Source: Gemmatimonadales bacterium
GTDB taxonomy: Bacteria > Gemmatimonadota > Gemmatimonadetes > Gemmatimonadales > GWC2-71-9
Direction of reading: 5' to 3'
NCBI GenBank assembly: GCA_041577295.1
Contig: JBFGJG010000013.1
Coordinates: 1-64,000, forward strand
DNA length: 64,000 bases
Below are positions 32,069 through 41,564 of the stretch, piece by piece. Numbering within the stretch: the stretch's first letter is position 1; each line of letters begins with the position of its first letter. The notes under the pieces were generated by a model that saw nothing but the letters and a program-made list of their open reading frames with translations, was not told the origin of the DNA and ran no database searches. Position numbers and translations under genes: made by a program.

Positions 32069-33118
32069 ATGATCGATCGTCACTCCCCAGAGTTCCGCGA
32101 GTTTCTCGATCTCTATGAGCGGGCACCCCTGCTCGAGTTGGGGACGTTGGCGGATCGGGTCCGCGAGAGGCTCCACCCCGAGGGGGTCGTCACCTATATC
32201 GTCGACCGCAACATCAACTATACGAACGTGTGCGTTGCGGACTGCAAGTTCTGTGCATTCTATCGCCGTCCGAAGCACGAAGAGGGATATGTCCTCTCGT
32301 TCGGGGAGATCGGTCAAAAGATCGAGGAAGCCAAGGAGTTGGGTGCGGTTCAGATTCTGATCCAGGGCGGGCACAATCCGTACATCCCGTTCGGGTGGTA
32401 TCTCGATTTGATGCGCTACATCAAACAGCATCATCCCATCCACATCCACGGGTTTTCACCGTCGGAGATCGATTTCTTCGCCACCCGGTTTCGGATGGAT
32501 GCTGAGGAGGTGATCAGGGAGCTGCGTGAAGCCGGCCTCGATTCGGTGCCCGGTGGTGGTGGCGAGATCCTCGTACAGGAGATCCGCGACCGAGTAGCCA
32601 AGAAGAAGGCGGGTGCCGACCGCTGGTTGGAGATCATGGAGATCGCACACGGCTTCGGCATGAAGACGTCGGTGACCATGATGTATGGCCTGGGCGAATC
32701 GCTGGCAGATCGGGTCGAGCATCTCTTCCGCGTGCGAGAGGTGCAGGCTCGCACGGGTGGATTCACCGCGTTCATCACGTGGCCGCTCCAACCCGAGCAC
32801 ACCGAGATGGAAGGAACGCCAAAGACGGACGCCGTAACGCATCTGCGGACGGTAGCCATCTCGCGACTCGTCTTGGACAATGTGCCAAACCTCCAGGCCT
32901 CATGGGTCACCATGGGTCTCAAAGTCGGACAGATCGCGCTACGATTTGGTTGCAACGATTTTGGCTCGCTGATGATCGAGGAAAACGTGGTTTCGGCAGC
33001 TGGTACCGCCCATACGGCCACGCTCGATGAGATCGTGCGGCATATCCGAGACGCTGGTTTTACACCTGCCCGTCGGACACAAGACTACAGCATCATTCCG
33101 GAGACCGTGGCGGCCTGA
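32069..33118 (+). CDS. mqnC: Cyclic dehypoxanthinyl futalosine synthase (radical SAM)
   Basis: DRNINYTNVCVADCKFCAF, QASWVTMG, DFGSLMIEENVV. Confidence 0.92.
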   Translation: MIDRHSPEFREFLDLYERAPLLELGTLADRVRERLHPEGVVTYIVDRNINYTNVCVADCKFCAFYRRPKHEEGYVLSFGEIGQKIEEAKELGAVQILIQGGHNPYIPFGWYLDLMRYIKQHHPIHIHGFSPSEIDFFATRFRMDAEEVIRELREAGLDSVPGGGGEILVQEIRDRVAKKKAGADRWLEIMEIAHGFGMKTSVTMMYGLGESLADRVEHLFRVREVQARTGGFTAFITWPLQPEHTEMEGTPKTDAVTHLRTVAISRLVLDNVPNLQASWVTMGLKVGQIALRFGCNDFGSLMIEENVVSAAGTAHTATLDEIVRHIRDAGFTPARRTQDYSIIPETVAA

Positions 33119-33161
33119 ATCGCGCGGTGCTCTCGGACTACCAACAGAAAGGAACGGTGAC

Positions 33162-33563
33162 GTGAACGGGAAGAGTGTGCTCGTGATGGTGGGTTCGGAG
33201 AGTGACCGCGAGCGGGTGCAGCCCGCACTCCAGGTGCTCGATGACGCCGGAGTGCAGTACGACTTCGTCGTCTCGTCGGCCCACCGCGATCCCGACAAAA
33301 CTGCCGCCATTGCCAAGGGTGCTCGGGAAAAGGGGTATCGAGTCATTATCGCGGCCGCAGGACTGGCAGCGGCGCTCCCCGGTTCCGTGGCGGCCCTCAC
33401 CGAGTTGCCAGTGATCGGGCTCCCACTCGATGTCGGGCCACTTCGCGGTGTGGACGCCTTGTATGCGATCGCGCAAGTACCGCCCGGTTGTCCGGTTGGC
33501 ACGGTGGGGATTGGGAACGCCAAGAACGCCGCGCTGCTCGCGTTACGGATCCTCAAGGCCTAG
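33162..33563 (+). CDS. purE: PurE family AIR carboxylase/N5-CAIR mutase (short)
   Basis: GSESD, SAHR, AAGLAAALPG, PVIGLP, QVPPGCPVGTV, NAALLA; GTG after AAAGGAA. Confidence 0.9.
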   Translation: MNGKSVLVMVGSESDRERVQPALQVLDDAGVQYDFVVSSAHRDPDKTAAIAKGAREKGYRVIIAAAGLAAALPGSVAALTELPVIGLPLDVGPLRGVDALYAIAQVPPGCPVGTVGIGNAKNAALLALRILKA

Positions 33564-33574
33564 CCGCAGACCCG

Positions 33575-33603
33575 TTTACCTGTCGGCCCAACCTTGTTAG
33601 TTT
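33575..33603 (+). promoter_or_regulatory. Putative extended -10 promoter of the ABC module
   Basis: TTTACC-N17-TAGTTT with TGn extension. Confidence 0.4.
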
Positions 33604-33685
33604 CCGTGCCGCTTTCGAGCGCCGGTGCCGCCTGGCGGCTCCGCGGCGCCCTCGCATACCGCGCAGCCATGCGTGACGGCAGACG

Positions 33686-34639
33686 ATGATTCACGCTAGC
33701 GACCTCATCAAATACTTCGGCGGGAAGCGTGCACTCGGCCCGGTTGCCTTCGAGATCCGGACCGGGGAGACGGTGGGCTTTCTCGGCCTGAACGGGGCGG
33801 GAAAGAGCACGCTCCTCCGCATCCTGAGCTGTGACCTCCGTCCCTCGGGCGGGTCGTTCTCGATTCGCGGCATCGACGGCGTGCGGGATCCCCACGCGGT
33901 GCGTCAGCTCGTGGGCTTTCTCCCCGAAGTTCCGCCGCTCTACGGCGACATGAGCGTGGGAGAGTATCTGCGCTTTGCCGGTTTGTTGCGCGGCATGAGT
34001 ACGGAGCAGGTTGCGGCCCGCGTGCCGGAAGTCGAGCAACTCACTCACACGGCCAACGTCCACGGGGAGTTGATCCGACACCTCTCGCATGGCTACCGCC
34101 AACGAGTGGGGTTGGCACAGGCGATCGTCCACGAGCCGGAGTTTCTCATCTTGGACGAGCCGACCAAGGGACTCGATCCTGCGCAGATCGCCGAGATGCG
34201 GACGCTGATCCGCGGGCTCAAGGACCGGCACACCGTGTTGATCTCCAGTCACATTCTCCCGGAGATTCGTGAGACATGTGACCGGCTGCTTGTGCTGCGG
34301 GACGGCGTGCTCGTGGCGTCCGGCACACCGCAAGAGCTGAGCGCCCGACTCCAGTCGCGGCGAATCGCCGTGACGGTGCTCCCGAACCACGACTCTTTGG
34401 AACCGGCCGCGATCGAAGCGAGCATCCGCCGAGTACACGGGGTGCGAAACGTGACCTCCACGGGTCGTGTGGACGGTGCACTCAGTTTCGTGGTAGAGGC
34501 GGCGAGCGACATTCGCGCCGAGGTGTGTCGGACGCTGGTCGGCGAAGGACATGGAGTGATCCGGCTCGACCGCGCCGACCAGGAATTGGAGAACGTGTTC
34601 CTCGAACTCGTCCAAGGAGCGTCGAGTGCGAGCGGCTAA
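33686..34639 (+). CDS. ABC-2 ATP-binding protein (GldA-like)
   Basis: GLNGAGKST, LSHGYRQRVGLAQA, ILDEPT, SSHIL. Confidence 0.92.
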   Translation: MIHASDLIKYFGGKRALGPVAFEIRTGETVGFLGLNGAGKSTLLRILSCDLRPSGGSFSIRGIDGVRDPHAVRQLVGFLPEVPPLYGDMSVGEYLRFAGLLRGMSTEQVAARVPEVEQLTHTANVHGELIRHLSHGYRQRVGLAQAIVHEPEFLILDEPTKGLDPAQIAEMRTLIRGLKDRHTVLISSHILPEIRETCDRLLVLRDGVLVASGTPQELSARLQSRRIAVTVLPNHDSLEPAAIEASIRRVHGVRNVTSTGRVDGALSFVVEAASDIRAEVCRTLVGEGHGVIRLDRADQELENVFLELVQGASSASG

Positions 34640-35357
34640 CGTCATCTTCCGACGGGAGCTGAGTGAGTACCTGCGCTCTCCGCTGGGGTATATCGTGGCC
34701 GCCACCGTGCTCTTGCTCGATGGCCTCCTCTTTTACTCCCAGGCTCTCGGTCCGGCCGCGGGCGAACGGCTCTCCGGGGAGGTGCTGGCGCGGTTCTTCT
34801 ACAACACGAGTGGGCTCGTGGCGATCGCCGCGGTGGCCTTGTCCATTCGACTCATCGCCGAGGAGCGGCAGACGGGCACCCTGGTGCTGTTGAGCACCTC
34901 ACCCGTCCGTGAGTGGGAGATCGTGGTCGGAAAGTTCTTTTCTGCCCTCGTGTTCTTGGGTGGCATCACCCTGGTCAGCATCTACATGCCGCTTCTCATC
35001 ATGGTCAATGGCAAGATTTCCCTTGGCCAGGTCTTCGTTGGCTACACCGGTCTCATTCTCATCGGGGCGGCCTGTCTGGCGATCGGGGTGTTCGCCACCG
35101 CGTTGACGAGGCATCAGCTCGTAGCGGTGGCGGTGGCGGCGACAACTACGGCCGTGATGTTCCTGTTTTGGTGGTTGTCCCTCGTCATCGATCCGCCGCT
35201 CTCGCGCGTCGCTGCCGGCCTCGCGATGCACGCTCGACACTTTCAGGGCTTCCAGGACGGCGCGCTGAATCTCCGTGACGTGTTCTATTACCTGGCCGTG
35301 ACGTACTTCTTTTTGTTGGTGGCTATCAAGGTGATGGAGGCGAAGCGATGGGAGTGA
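34626..35357 (+). CDS. ABC-2 permease (GldF-like)
   Basis: About 6 TM; RREL..Y..SPLGY, AEERQTGTLVLL.TSPV..WEIVVGKF. Confidence 0.88.
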   Translation: MRAANVIFRRELSEYLRSPLGYIVAATVLLLDGLLFYSQALGPAAGERLSGEVLARFFYNTSGLVAIAAVALSIRLIAEERQTGTLVLLSTSPVREWEIVVGKFFSALVFLGGITLVSIYMPLLIMVNGKISLGQVFVGYTGLILIGAACLAIGVFATALTRHQLVAVAVAATTTAVMFLFWWLSLVIDPPLSRVAAGLAMHARHFQGFQDGALNLRDVFYYLAVTYFFLLVAIKVMEAKRWE

Positions 35358-37270
35358 CCATCCGGAGCGCTCCTTGGTGGCTCACGTGGGTGGTCGCCGG
35401 TGCTCTCCTCCTGCTGCTGATCGGGGAGCGGGTGCTGGGTGAGGCGGCTGCGGTTCGAATGATGGCGTCGGGCGTTGGATTGATCACGCTGTTGGCGGTG
35501 ACCGGCTGGCGGATCGTCTCATGGCGCAACGCTCCGGAACACGTCCGTGCGGTGGAGCAGATTCTCGTTCTCTGCTACGTGGGTTGTGTAATTGCCGTCT
35601 TGGGCTTCCTGCTCTCGAGCGAAGCCGTGATGTCGTCGCTCGGAATCGAGTTTCGCGATCGAGTGGTGGAACGGCGGTACGAAGTCACCGCACAGGTGCT
35701 CTCGTCTATTGTGCTTGCCGTCTCGCTCCTGCCAGCCCTGGCGGCCCAATGGTCGTTGGCGTCACACCGGCACGCTGGGGCAACAGCAGCGAGCGTAGAA
35801 TCCTTGCGGGTCCGTGAAGTCGCGACTGGTGCGGCAACGGTTGCTTTGGCAGGTGCGCTGATGTTCGTCATGGGATACATCACAACCGAGCGGAACAAGA
35901 GTCTTGACCTGAGCTACTTCAAGACGTCGAGCCCCGGCACCGCGACCCAGGAAGTCGTCAAGAGCTTTGGCGATCCGCTCAGGGTTCTCCTCTTCTTCCC
36001 TGCGGTCAATCCGGTGCGGGATGAGGTGGTGGACTATTTCCACGAGTTAGATCGGGCCACAAACGTGGTTCAAGTTGAAGAGTACGATCGACTCATCGCC
36101 GCGGACACTGCCCGACAGTACCAGGTGTCGGCGGACGGAACGATCGTGTTGCGGCGCGGCGAAAACACCGAACGGCTGACCTTGTCACCCACCCTCAACA
36201 CCGCGCGCTCGCGACTCCGAACACTGGACCGCGACGTACAGGATCGTCTTTTGCGCTTGGCCCGGGAGCGCCGGACCGCATACCTCACAGTCGGTCACGG
36301 CGAACTGGGTGATCGGCTGCCCGCCGATACCGTCGGGCCAGGCGATCCATTGCGGCAGATCACCGGCGTTCGGGAACTGCTGGGCGTTCTGAACTATCAG
36401 GTGGAGGAATTGGGACTGTCTGAAGGTCTCGGCCGCGACGTCCCGGAGAACGCCGCCATCGTTCTCGTGCTGGGGCCACGACTGCCGTTCCTTGAAGAGG
36501 AGCTGGCATCGCTCGATCGCTACCTCGAACGTGGAGGGTCGGTGCTGCTTGCCATCGATCCAGAAAGCGAGTTTCGGTTCGGGCCGCTCGAACAGCGCTT
36601 GGGGGTGCGCTATCGGTTCGTGCCACTCGCCGACGAGCGCCAATTCGTCACCCGGAATCGCAACGAGTCTGACCGCCAGCTCATCATCACCGATCGTTTC
36701 TCTGTCCATGAGGCTGTGACCACCGCGAGTCGCACGCGCATCGGCTCGGGTATCCTGTTGGTCGGTGCCGGGTATCTCGAGGCGCTCGAGGGACACGGCC
36801 TGAGGCACAGCTTCATCGTACGTTCCCTCCCCACGAACTTCGGCGATGAGAATCGCAACTTCACCTTGGACGGTGACGAGTCCCGCCGGGTTTACAACCT
36901 CGTTGCCGCGATTGAGCCTGCGGCTCCCGACACCTTGGCCGACGACCTCGACGTGGAAGCCTCTGCAGCCGATACAGCTGGGATGCGCGCCCTCGTCTAC
37001 GCCGACGCGGGCATGTTCTCCGATGCCGTCCTCGCCTCGATTGCCCTCAACACGGCGCTCGTGGCGGATGGTATCCGATGGCTCGGCCGCGAGGAGGCGT
37101 TCTCTGGTGTTACGGAGAGTGAGGAGGACATTGCCCTGGTGCACACAAAAGCCGAAGACGTCCGGTGGTTCTATTCGACGATCCTCGGTGCGCCGCTGAT
37201 CGTGCTGGGCGGTGGGCTTGTGGCCGTCTATTGGCGACGCAAGAAGCGGCAAGCGGGAGGCGCGGCATGA
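35348..37270 (+). CDS. GldG-like ABC auxiliary protein with extra N-terminal TM helices
   Basis: About 5 N-terminal TM, AYLTVGHGEL, YLERGGSVLLAIDP, C-terminal TM followed by WRRKKR. Confidence 0.8.
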   Translation: MGVTIRSAPWWLTWVVAGALLLLLIGERVLGEAAAVRMMASGVGLITLLAVTGWRIVSWRNAPEHVRAVEQILVLCYVGCVIAVLGFLLSSEAVMSSLGIEFRDRVVERRYEVTAQVLSSIVLAVSLLPALAAQWSLASHRHAGATAASVESLRVREVATGAATVALAGALMFVMGYITTERNKSLDLSYFKTSSPGTATQEVVKSFGDPLRVLLFFPAVNPVRDEVVDYFHELDRATNVVQVEEYDRLIAADTARQYQVSADGTIVLRRGENTERLTLSPTLNTARSRLRTLDRDVQDRLLRLARERRTAYLTVGHGELGDRLPADTVGPGDPLRQITGVRELLGVLNYQVEELGLSEGLGRDVPENAAIVLVLGPRLPFLEEELASLDRYLERGGSVLLAIDPESEFRFGPLEQRLGVRYRFVPLADERQFVTRNRNESDRQLIITDRFSVHEAVTTASRTRIGSGILLVGAGYLEALEGHGLRHSFIVRSLPTNFGDENRNFTLDGDESRRVYNLVAAIEPAAPDTLADDLDVEASAADTAGMRALVYADAGMFSDAVLASIALNTALVADGIRWLGREEAFSGVTESEEDIALVHTKAEDVRWFYSTILGAPLIVLGGGLVAVYWRRKKRQAGGAA

Positions 37271-38256
37271 AAGGCGTCATGGTGCACGGTGTCCTGCTCG
37301 CCTTGGCGCTTTTGGTGGGATATCAGACGTGGACTCGCGATCCCACTCGCTCCACCGCAGCAGACGAAGTCCCGGTGTGGCGTGGATCCGTGGATCGCGT
37401 GTCGTCCCTCACGTTCACGCGACCGGATCAGATTCTCACCATCGAAGCTCGCGAGGCGAACGGAGAGCGCTACCTGTGGGGAAGCGTCCAGCGGGGCCGA
37501 TCGGCCGACGACACCTCGCAGGCGCCGCGAACGATCGATGAGTTTCCAGTGGGGGAGCGGGGAACGGAGCTGATTGAACGGGTGGCGTCGCTTGCAGCCC
37601 TGCGAGACCTGGGTGTGCTCACCGATTCGCTCAAGGTTGCCTACGAGCTCGTAGACCCGCAGCGCCGGCTCCGAATCGCCTTTCGGGACCGCACGAGGGA
37701 GTTGCTGTTGGGTGGCAACGTGTTTGGGGGTGGTCATCGGTACGCACTCGACCCCGAAAACGGCCATGGGTACGTGATCTCGTCGGACATCTTGCGGCAG
37801 CTCGAAGGAGGGCAGGGGCTGCTCCGACAGACGCGGCTGCATGACTGGGAGTTGCGGGACGTAGCCAGTGTCACAGTGCAGGCCGGAAGCGCGACCCGGC
37901 GCATGCTTCGGGAGGGTGAGGTGAGCGTGACCGGGGCCATGTGGACGTCGCCGGAGACGGGTGAGCCGGACCAGACATTCGCCAACTTCATGGATCGAAT
38001 CCAGCGACTCGCCGCGATCACGTATGAAGCTAGCTTGAGTTCCCATCAGCTCGAGCGGCGTGTGCGGGTGGAGTTCTTTGACGCACGAAACCGAACCCTC
38101 GGATTTGTCGACGTGTTCAGGGCACCGGGGGAGACCGACGGGTTTGAGTATTACATCCTCACGGAGGAGACGCGCGTCGTAGCGCGCACGCACCCCAGCT
38201 TGGGTGAGCGGCTCGACGAAGATCTGCGCGAGGTCTTCAGCGGCCGTTCGTCATGA
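37267..38256 (+). CDS. DUF4340-like periplasmic protein
   Basis: N-terminal anchor, ELLLGGNVFGGGHRY; fourth gene of a GldAFG-type module; ATGA overlap. Confidence 0.65.
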   Translation: MKGVMVHGVLLALALLVGYQTWTRDPTRSTAADEVPVWRGSVDRVSSLTFTRPDQILTIEAREANGERYLWGSVQRGRSADDTSQAPRTIDEFPVGERGTELIERVASLAALRDLGVLTDSLKVAYELVDPQRRLRIAFRDRTRELLLGGNVFGGGHRYALDPENGHGYVISSDILRQLEGGQGLLRQTRLHDWELRDVASVTVQAGSATRRMLREGEVSVTGAMWTSPETGEPDQTFANFMDRIQRLAAITYEASLSSHQLERRVRVEFFDARNRTLGFVDVFRAPGETDGFEYYILTEETRVVARTHPSLGERLDEDLREVFSGRSS

Positions 38257-39718
38257 TGCGTTCGATATCTTCCACACGCCGCGGGGCCGCTGCTGAGAGA
38301 TTCTCGTAGCCATTGTCCGTGACGAGAATCATGTCCTCGATCATGATCGCAATGCTCTCGTCCGGAATGTAGAGCTTTGGCTCGACGGTGAAGACCATGC
38401 CCGGTGCCAGTGGCCTGGTGTAGTCACGGCTGTCGAGTGCCTCGAGCCCTATGTGATGGCCGAGATCCCGTACCCCAATTCCGCGCGCCCCGCTGTAGTC
38501 AGTCAACGATCCACCCCGCCGTAGCCAATAGGTTGGTGAGGGCATGATCCCCCAGACACGGTCTTCACCCATCCGATCGATGTCCTCATACGGCTCCAAC
38601 CCGTAACGCTGAAAGACCCTCGCGGCGGCGTGAATCACCTCGAGCATCATCACCCCTGGCCTTATGTGAGCAAGCGCAGAATCCTGCGCCTCGAGCACCA
38701 TCTCGTAGTAACGACGCTGATCAGTGGTGAACCGTCCGGATACGGGCCAAGTTCGGCACAGATCGGACGTATACATTTGGAACTCCGCGGCGCCGTAGTC
38801 CGCGAAGAGGAGATCGCCTGCCTGCATGATTCGGTCGCCGAAGTCGTAGGCTTCGGCACGAAGGGTGTAGAGTGTGAGGGACGCGGGCCCGCTCGAAACG
38901 ATCGGTCCGAACGACGTACGCGGTGCGCCCTCGCGTTTCCAGACGGCCTCCATGACACCTGCAACAGCGAGGTCCCTCAGTCCCGGTCGAGTGGCACGCA
39001 TCCCCTCGATCATCCCCGTCGCGCTGATGGCCGCCGCCCGACGAAGGGCGGCGATCTCGAAGGAGTCTTTCACGAGACGCATGCGCTCGATTGCTGGTGT
39101 CAGATTCTCGATATGGACATCGCGTAGGCTTGCGGCCAACGAGCGTGTAAACTGCTGACGGTACGTAAGTGGGCGGGGCAGCCCAGGAGGCGCATACAAT
39201 TCTCGCGTATCGCCGGCGACGTACACCGTTGGCACGTCGCCGAGGAGGTCGGGGAGCATGGTGGTGAAGTCATCGATGGGCGCTACCTCCGCGATCGCTG
39301 TGGCGCGGATCGCATCCTTGCCAGGTGCCAAGCGGGCAAGAGGACGATTCCACGACGCTGTGCGAAATCGCTCGTCGTCGATGGGGAACTGGGCGCCGGC
39401 GAACTGAAACCGTTCAGGGAGGAACAGCACTTCGCGCCGCTCCATGCCACCTGGCACAATAACCAAAATAGCGAAGGGCGACTGCACGCCCGTGAGATAC
39501 CAGAAGTTGGGATCCTGTTTTCCCACGCCGCCCGCTCGAACGAGATATTCGCCAGGGACGATCATGGGAGCGCGAAGCTCCGCAGCGAGTCGAGCGCGTC
39601 GATTGGCGAACACCTCGGGCGGAAACCACGGCTCGTCTTGCGCGGAACGCGCATGCGGCGAGCCGATCAGCAGCAGGAACGGTATCACGATCAATGCACG
39701 ATTCGAGTGCCGCGACAT
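38237..39718 (-). CDS. Xaa-Pro aminopeptidase (M24B) with signal peptide
   Basis: QDPNFWYLTG, DYGA, SDLCRTWP, GHHIGL, TVEP, IEDMILVT; hydrophobic N-terminus ending ARSA. Confidence 0.9.
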   Translation of the reverse strand: MSRHSNRALIVIPFLLLIGSPHARSAQDEPWFPPEVFANRRARLAAELRAPMIVPGEYLVRAGGVGKQDPNFWYLTGVQSPFAILVIVPGGMERREVLFLPERFQFAGAQFPIDDERFRTASWNRPLARLAPGKDAIRATAIAEVAPIDDFTTMLPDLLGDVPTVYVAGDTRELYAPPGLPRPLTYRQQFTRSLAASLRDVHIENLTPAIERMRLVKDSFEIAALRRAAAISATGMIEGMRATRPGLRDLAVAGVMEAVWKREGAPRTSFGPIVSSGPASLTLYTLRAEAYDFGDRIMQAGDLLFADYGAAEFQMYTSDLCRTWPVSGRFTTDQRRYYEMVLEAQDSALAHIRPGVMMLEVIHAAARVFQRYGLEPYEDIDRMGEDRVWGIMPSPTYWLRRGGSLTDYSGARGIGVRDLGHHIGLEALDSRDYTRPLAPGMVFTVEPKLYIPDESIAIMIEDMILVTDNGYENLSAAAPRRVEDIERIMTNGR

Positions 39719-39797
39719 AGAGATGACTCACATGGCAGTGGCGGCCTAAACTAGCCCGTCGTTTGAGCGGTCGCGAGCCCCATTTCGACCGGCCGCT

Positions 39798-39872
39798 CCA
39801 ACCTTCCGTCTTTCCGTGGTCCGCCCCTCTTCCCAACCTTCCAACCTTCCAACCTTCCCACCGTCACACCAT
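39798..39872 (+). repeat. Octamer tandem repeat (CCAACCTT)
   Basis: Three exact copies 39833-39856, degenerate CCCACCGT and CACACCAT after, one more exact copy at 39798-39805. Confidence 0.8.
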
Positions 39873-39883
39873 CTTATCCCCCC

Positions 39884-41035
39884 ATGCATACCGCCCGGCG
39901 TACCCATTCGTTTACCGAGTCTGTCATTCGTGGCATGACCCGACTCGCCGCCGAGCACGGTGCTATCAATCTCGCGCAGGGGTTTCCCAATTTCGCTGCA
40001 CCCTCCCTGATGAAGGAGGCCGCTGCCAAGGCAATCCGTGATGACATCAATCAGTACGCCATCACGTGGGGTGCGAAGCGGCTCAGAGAGGCGTTGGCCG
40101 CGAAGTACGAGTACTGGTACCGCATGACGGTCGATCCGGAGGCCGAGATCACCGTGACATGCGGAGCGACAGAGGCGATGGCCTCCACGCTCCTGTCGAT
40201 CGTCGATCCGGGCGACGAGGTGGTAGTGTTCGAGCCTTTCTATGAGAATTACGGGCCGGATACGATACTGTGCGAAGCTCGCCCTGTGTTCGTTCCAATG
40301 CCGGTGTCCGGCGAGCTGGATCTAGATCGGTTGCGGTCAGTGTGCTCGAGTCGGACCCGGGCGATCATCATCAATACGCCAAACAATCCCACCGGTCGGG
40401 TGCTGACGCGAGCCGAGCTCGAAGGCATCGCCGAAATCTGCCGGGCCGTAGACGCGTACGCCGTCACCGACGAGATCTACGAGCACATTTACTACGAAGG
40501 AACGCACATCCCGATCGCCACGATCCCGGGCATGCGGGAGCGCACCATCACGATTAGCGGCGCGTCCAAGACGTTCAGCGTGACCGGATGGCGCATCGGG
40601 ACGATCATTGCGCCACCGCAGGCTACTGATGCGATCCGCAAGGTGCACGATTTCTTGACGGTGGGCGCGCCGGCTCCACTTCAGGAGGCCGTTGCCGTCG
40701 CCCTCGAATCGCTCGGGCCGGATTACTACAAGTCGCTCGTCAGGGAGTATCGGGAGCGCCGCGATGTGGTGGCACAGGGGCTAGTGCAAGCAGGCTTCCG
40801 GTGCGCGCCGCCGCAGGGTGCGTATTACATCATGGCGGATTTTTCGGACCTGCGGGAGATGGCGGACCATGCGTTTGCAGCGTGGCTCACCGCCGAGATC
40901 GGCGTTGCCCCGGTACCGGGCTCGAGCTTCTACAGCCGCCGCGACCTCGGCCGCTCGCTCGTGCGGTTCGCCTTCTGCAAGACGATGGACTTGCTGGAGG
41001 AAGCCGTGCGCCGCCTGCAGGCCATCGCGCGCTAG
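39884..41035 (+). CDS. PLP-dependent aminotransferase class I/II
   Basis: NLAQGFP, NTPNNPTG, DEIY, SKTFSVTGWRIG, RFAFCK. Confidence 0.93.
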   Translation: MHTARRTHSFTESVIRGMTRLAAEHGAINLAQGFPNFAAPSLMKEAAAKAIRDDINQYAITWGAKRLREALAAKYEYWYRMTVDPEAEITVTCGATEAMASTLLSIVDPGDEVVVFEPFYENYGPDTILCEARPVFVPMPVSGELDLDRLRSVCSSRTRAIIINTPNNPTGRVLTRAELEGIAEICRAVDAYAVTDEIYEHIYYEGTHIPIATIPGMRERTITISGASKTFSVTGWRIGTIIAPPQATDAIRKVHDFLTVGAPAPLQEAVAVALESLGPDYYKSLVREYRERRDVVAQGLVQAGFRCAPPQGAYYIMADFSDLREMADHAFAAWLTAEIGVAPVPGSSFYSRRDLGRSLVRFAFCKTMDLLEEAVRRLQAIAR

Positions 41036-41082
41036 CCGTTCGCTACCTTCCCTCGTGGTTTCACACCCTCTATCATCCTGCC

Positions 41083-41562
41083 ATGTCTGTGCGGTTCGGA
41101 ATCGGATACGACGCACACACGTTCGGCGCCGACCGGCCCCTGGTCCTCGGGGGAGTGTCGATTCCGCACGCGGTGGGTTTGACTGGCCATTCGGATGGTG
41201 ACGCGATCGCGCATGCGGTGATCGATGCGGTGCTCGGGGCGGCTGCCCTCGGCGATATCGGTCGGATGTTTCCTGACACCGATGATCAATGGCGCGGAGC
41301 CGATTCCATGGATCTCCTGGTGCGGGCCGTGGACCGCCTTACTGCGGCGGGGTTCCAGGTGGGAAACGTCGACATCACGGTGATCACCGAGCGACCCAAA
41401 CTCGCGCCACACGTCGACCAGATTCGCGCTCGCATGGCCGCAGCCCTTGGGATTACGCTGGAGCAGGTTTCGGTGAAGGCCAAAACCAACGAGGGGATGG
41501 ATGCGGTTGGGGCTGGGAAGGGTCTCCAAGTGTTCGCCGTCGCCGCGGTGGAGGGTGCGTAA
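41083..41562 (+). CDS. ispF: 2-C-methyl-D-erythritol 2,4-cyclodiphosphate synthase
   Basis: GIGYDAH, GHSDGD..HAVIDA, GDIG, KAKTNE. Confidence 0.96.
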   Translation: MSVRFGIGYDAHTFGADRPLVLGGVSIPHAVGLTGHSDGDAIAHAVIDAVLGAAALGDIGRMFPDTDDQWRGADSMDLLVRAVDRLTAAGFQVGNVDITVITERPKLAPHVDQIRARMAAALGITLEQVSVKAKTNEGMDAVGAGKGLQVFAVAAVEGA

Positions 41563-41564
41563 GC

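Noticed and set aside
29984..33118. Radical SAM pair next to fab genes as a novel natural-product cluster
   Set aside because: Explained by the futalosine menaquinone pathway (MqnE, MqnA, MqnC) next to the standard FAS II operon.
39798..39872. CRISPR array
   Set aside because: 8-bp tandem units without spacers; no cas genes.
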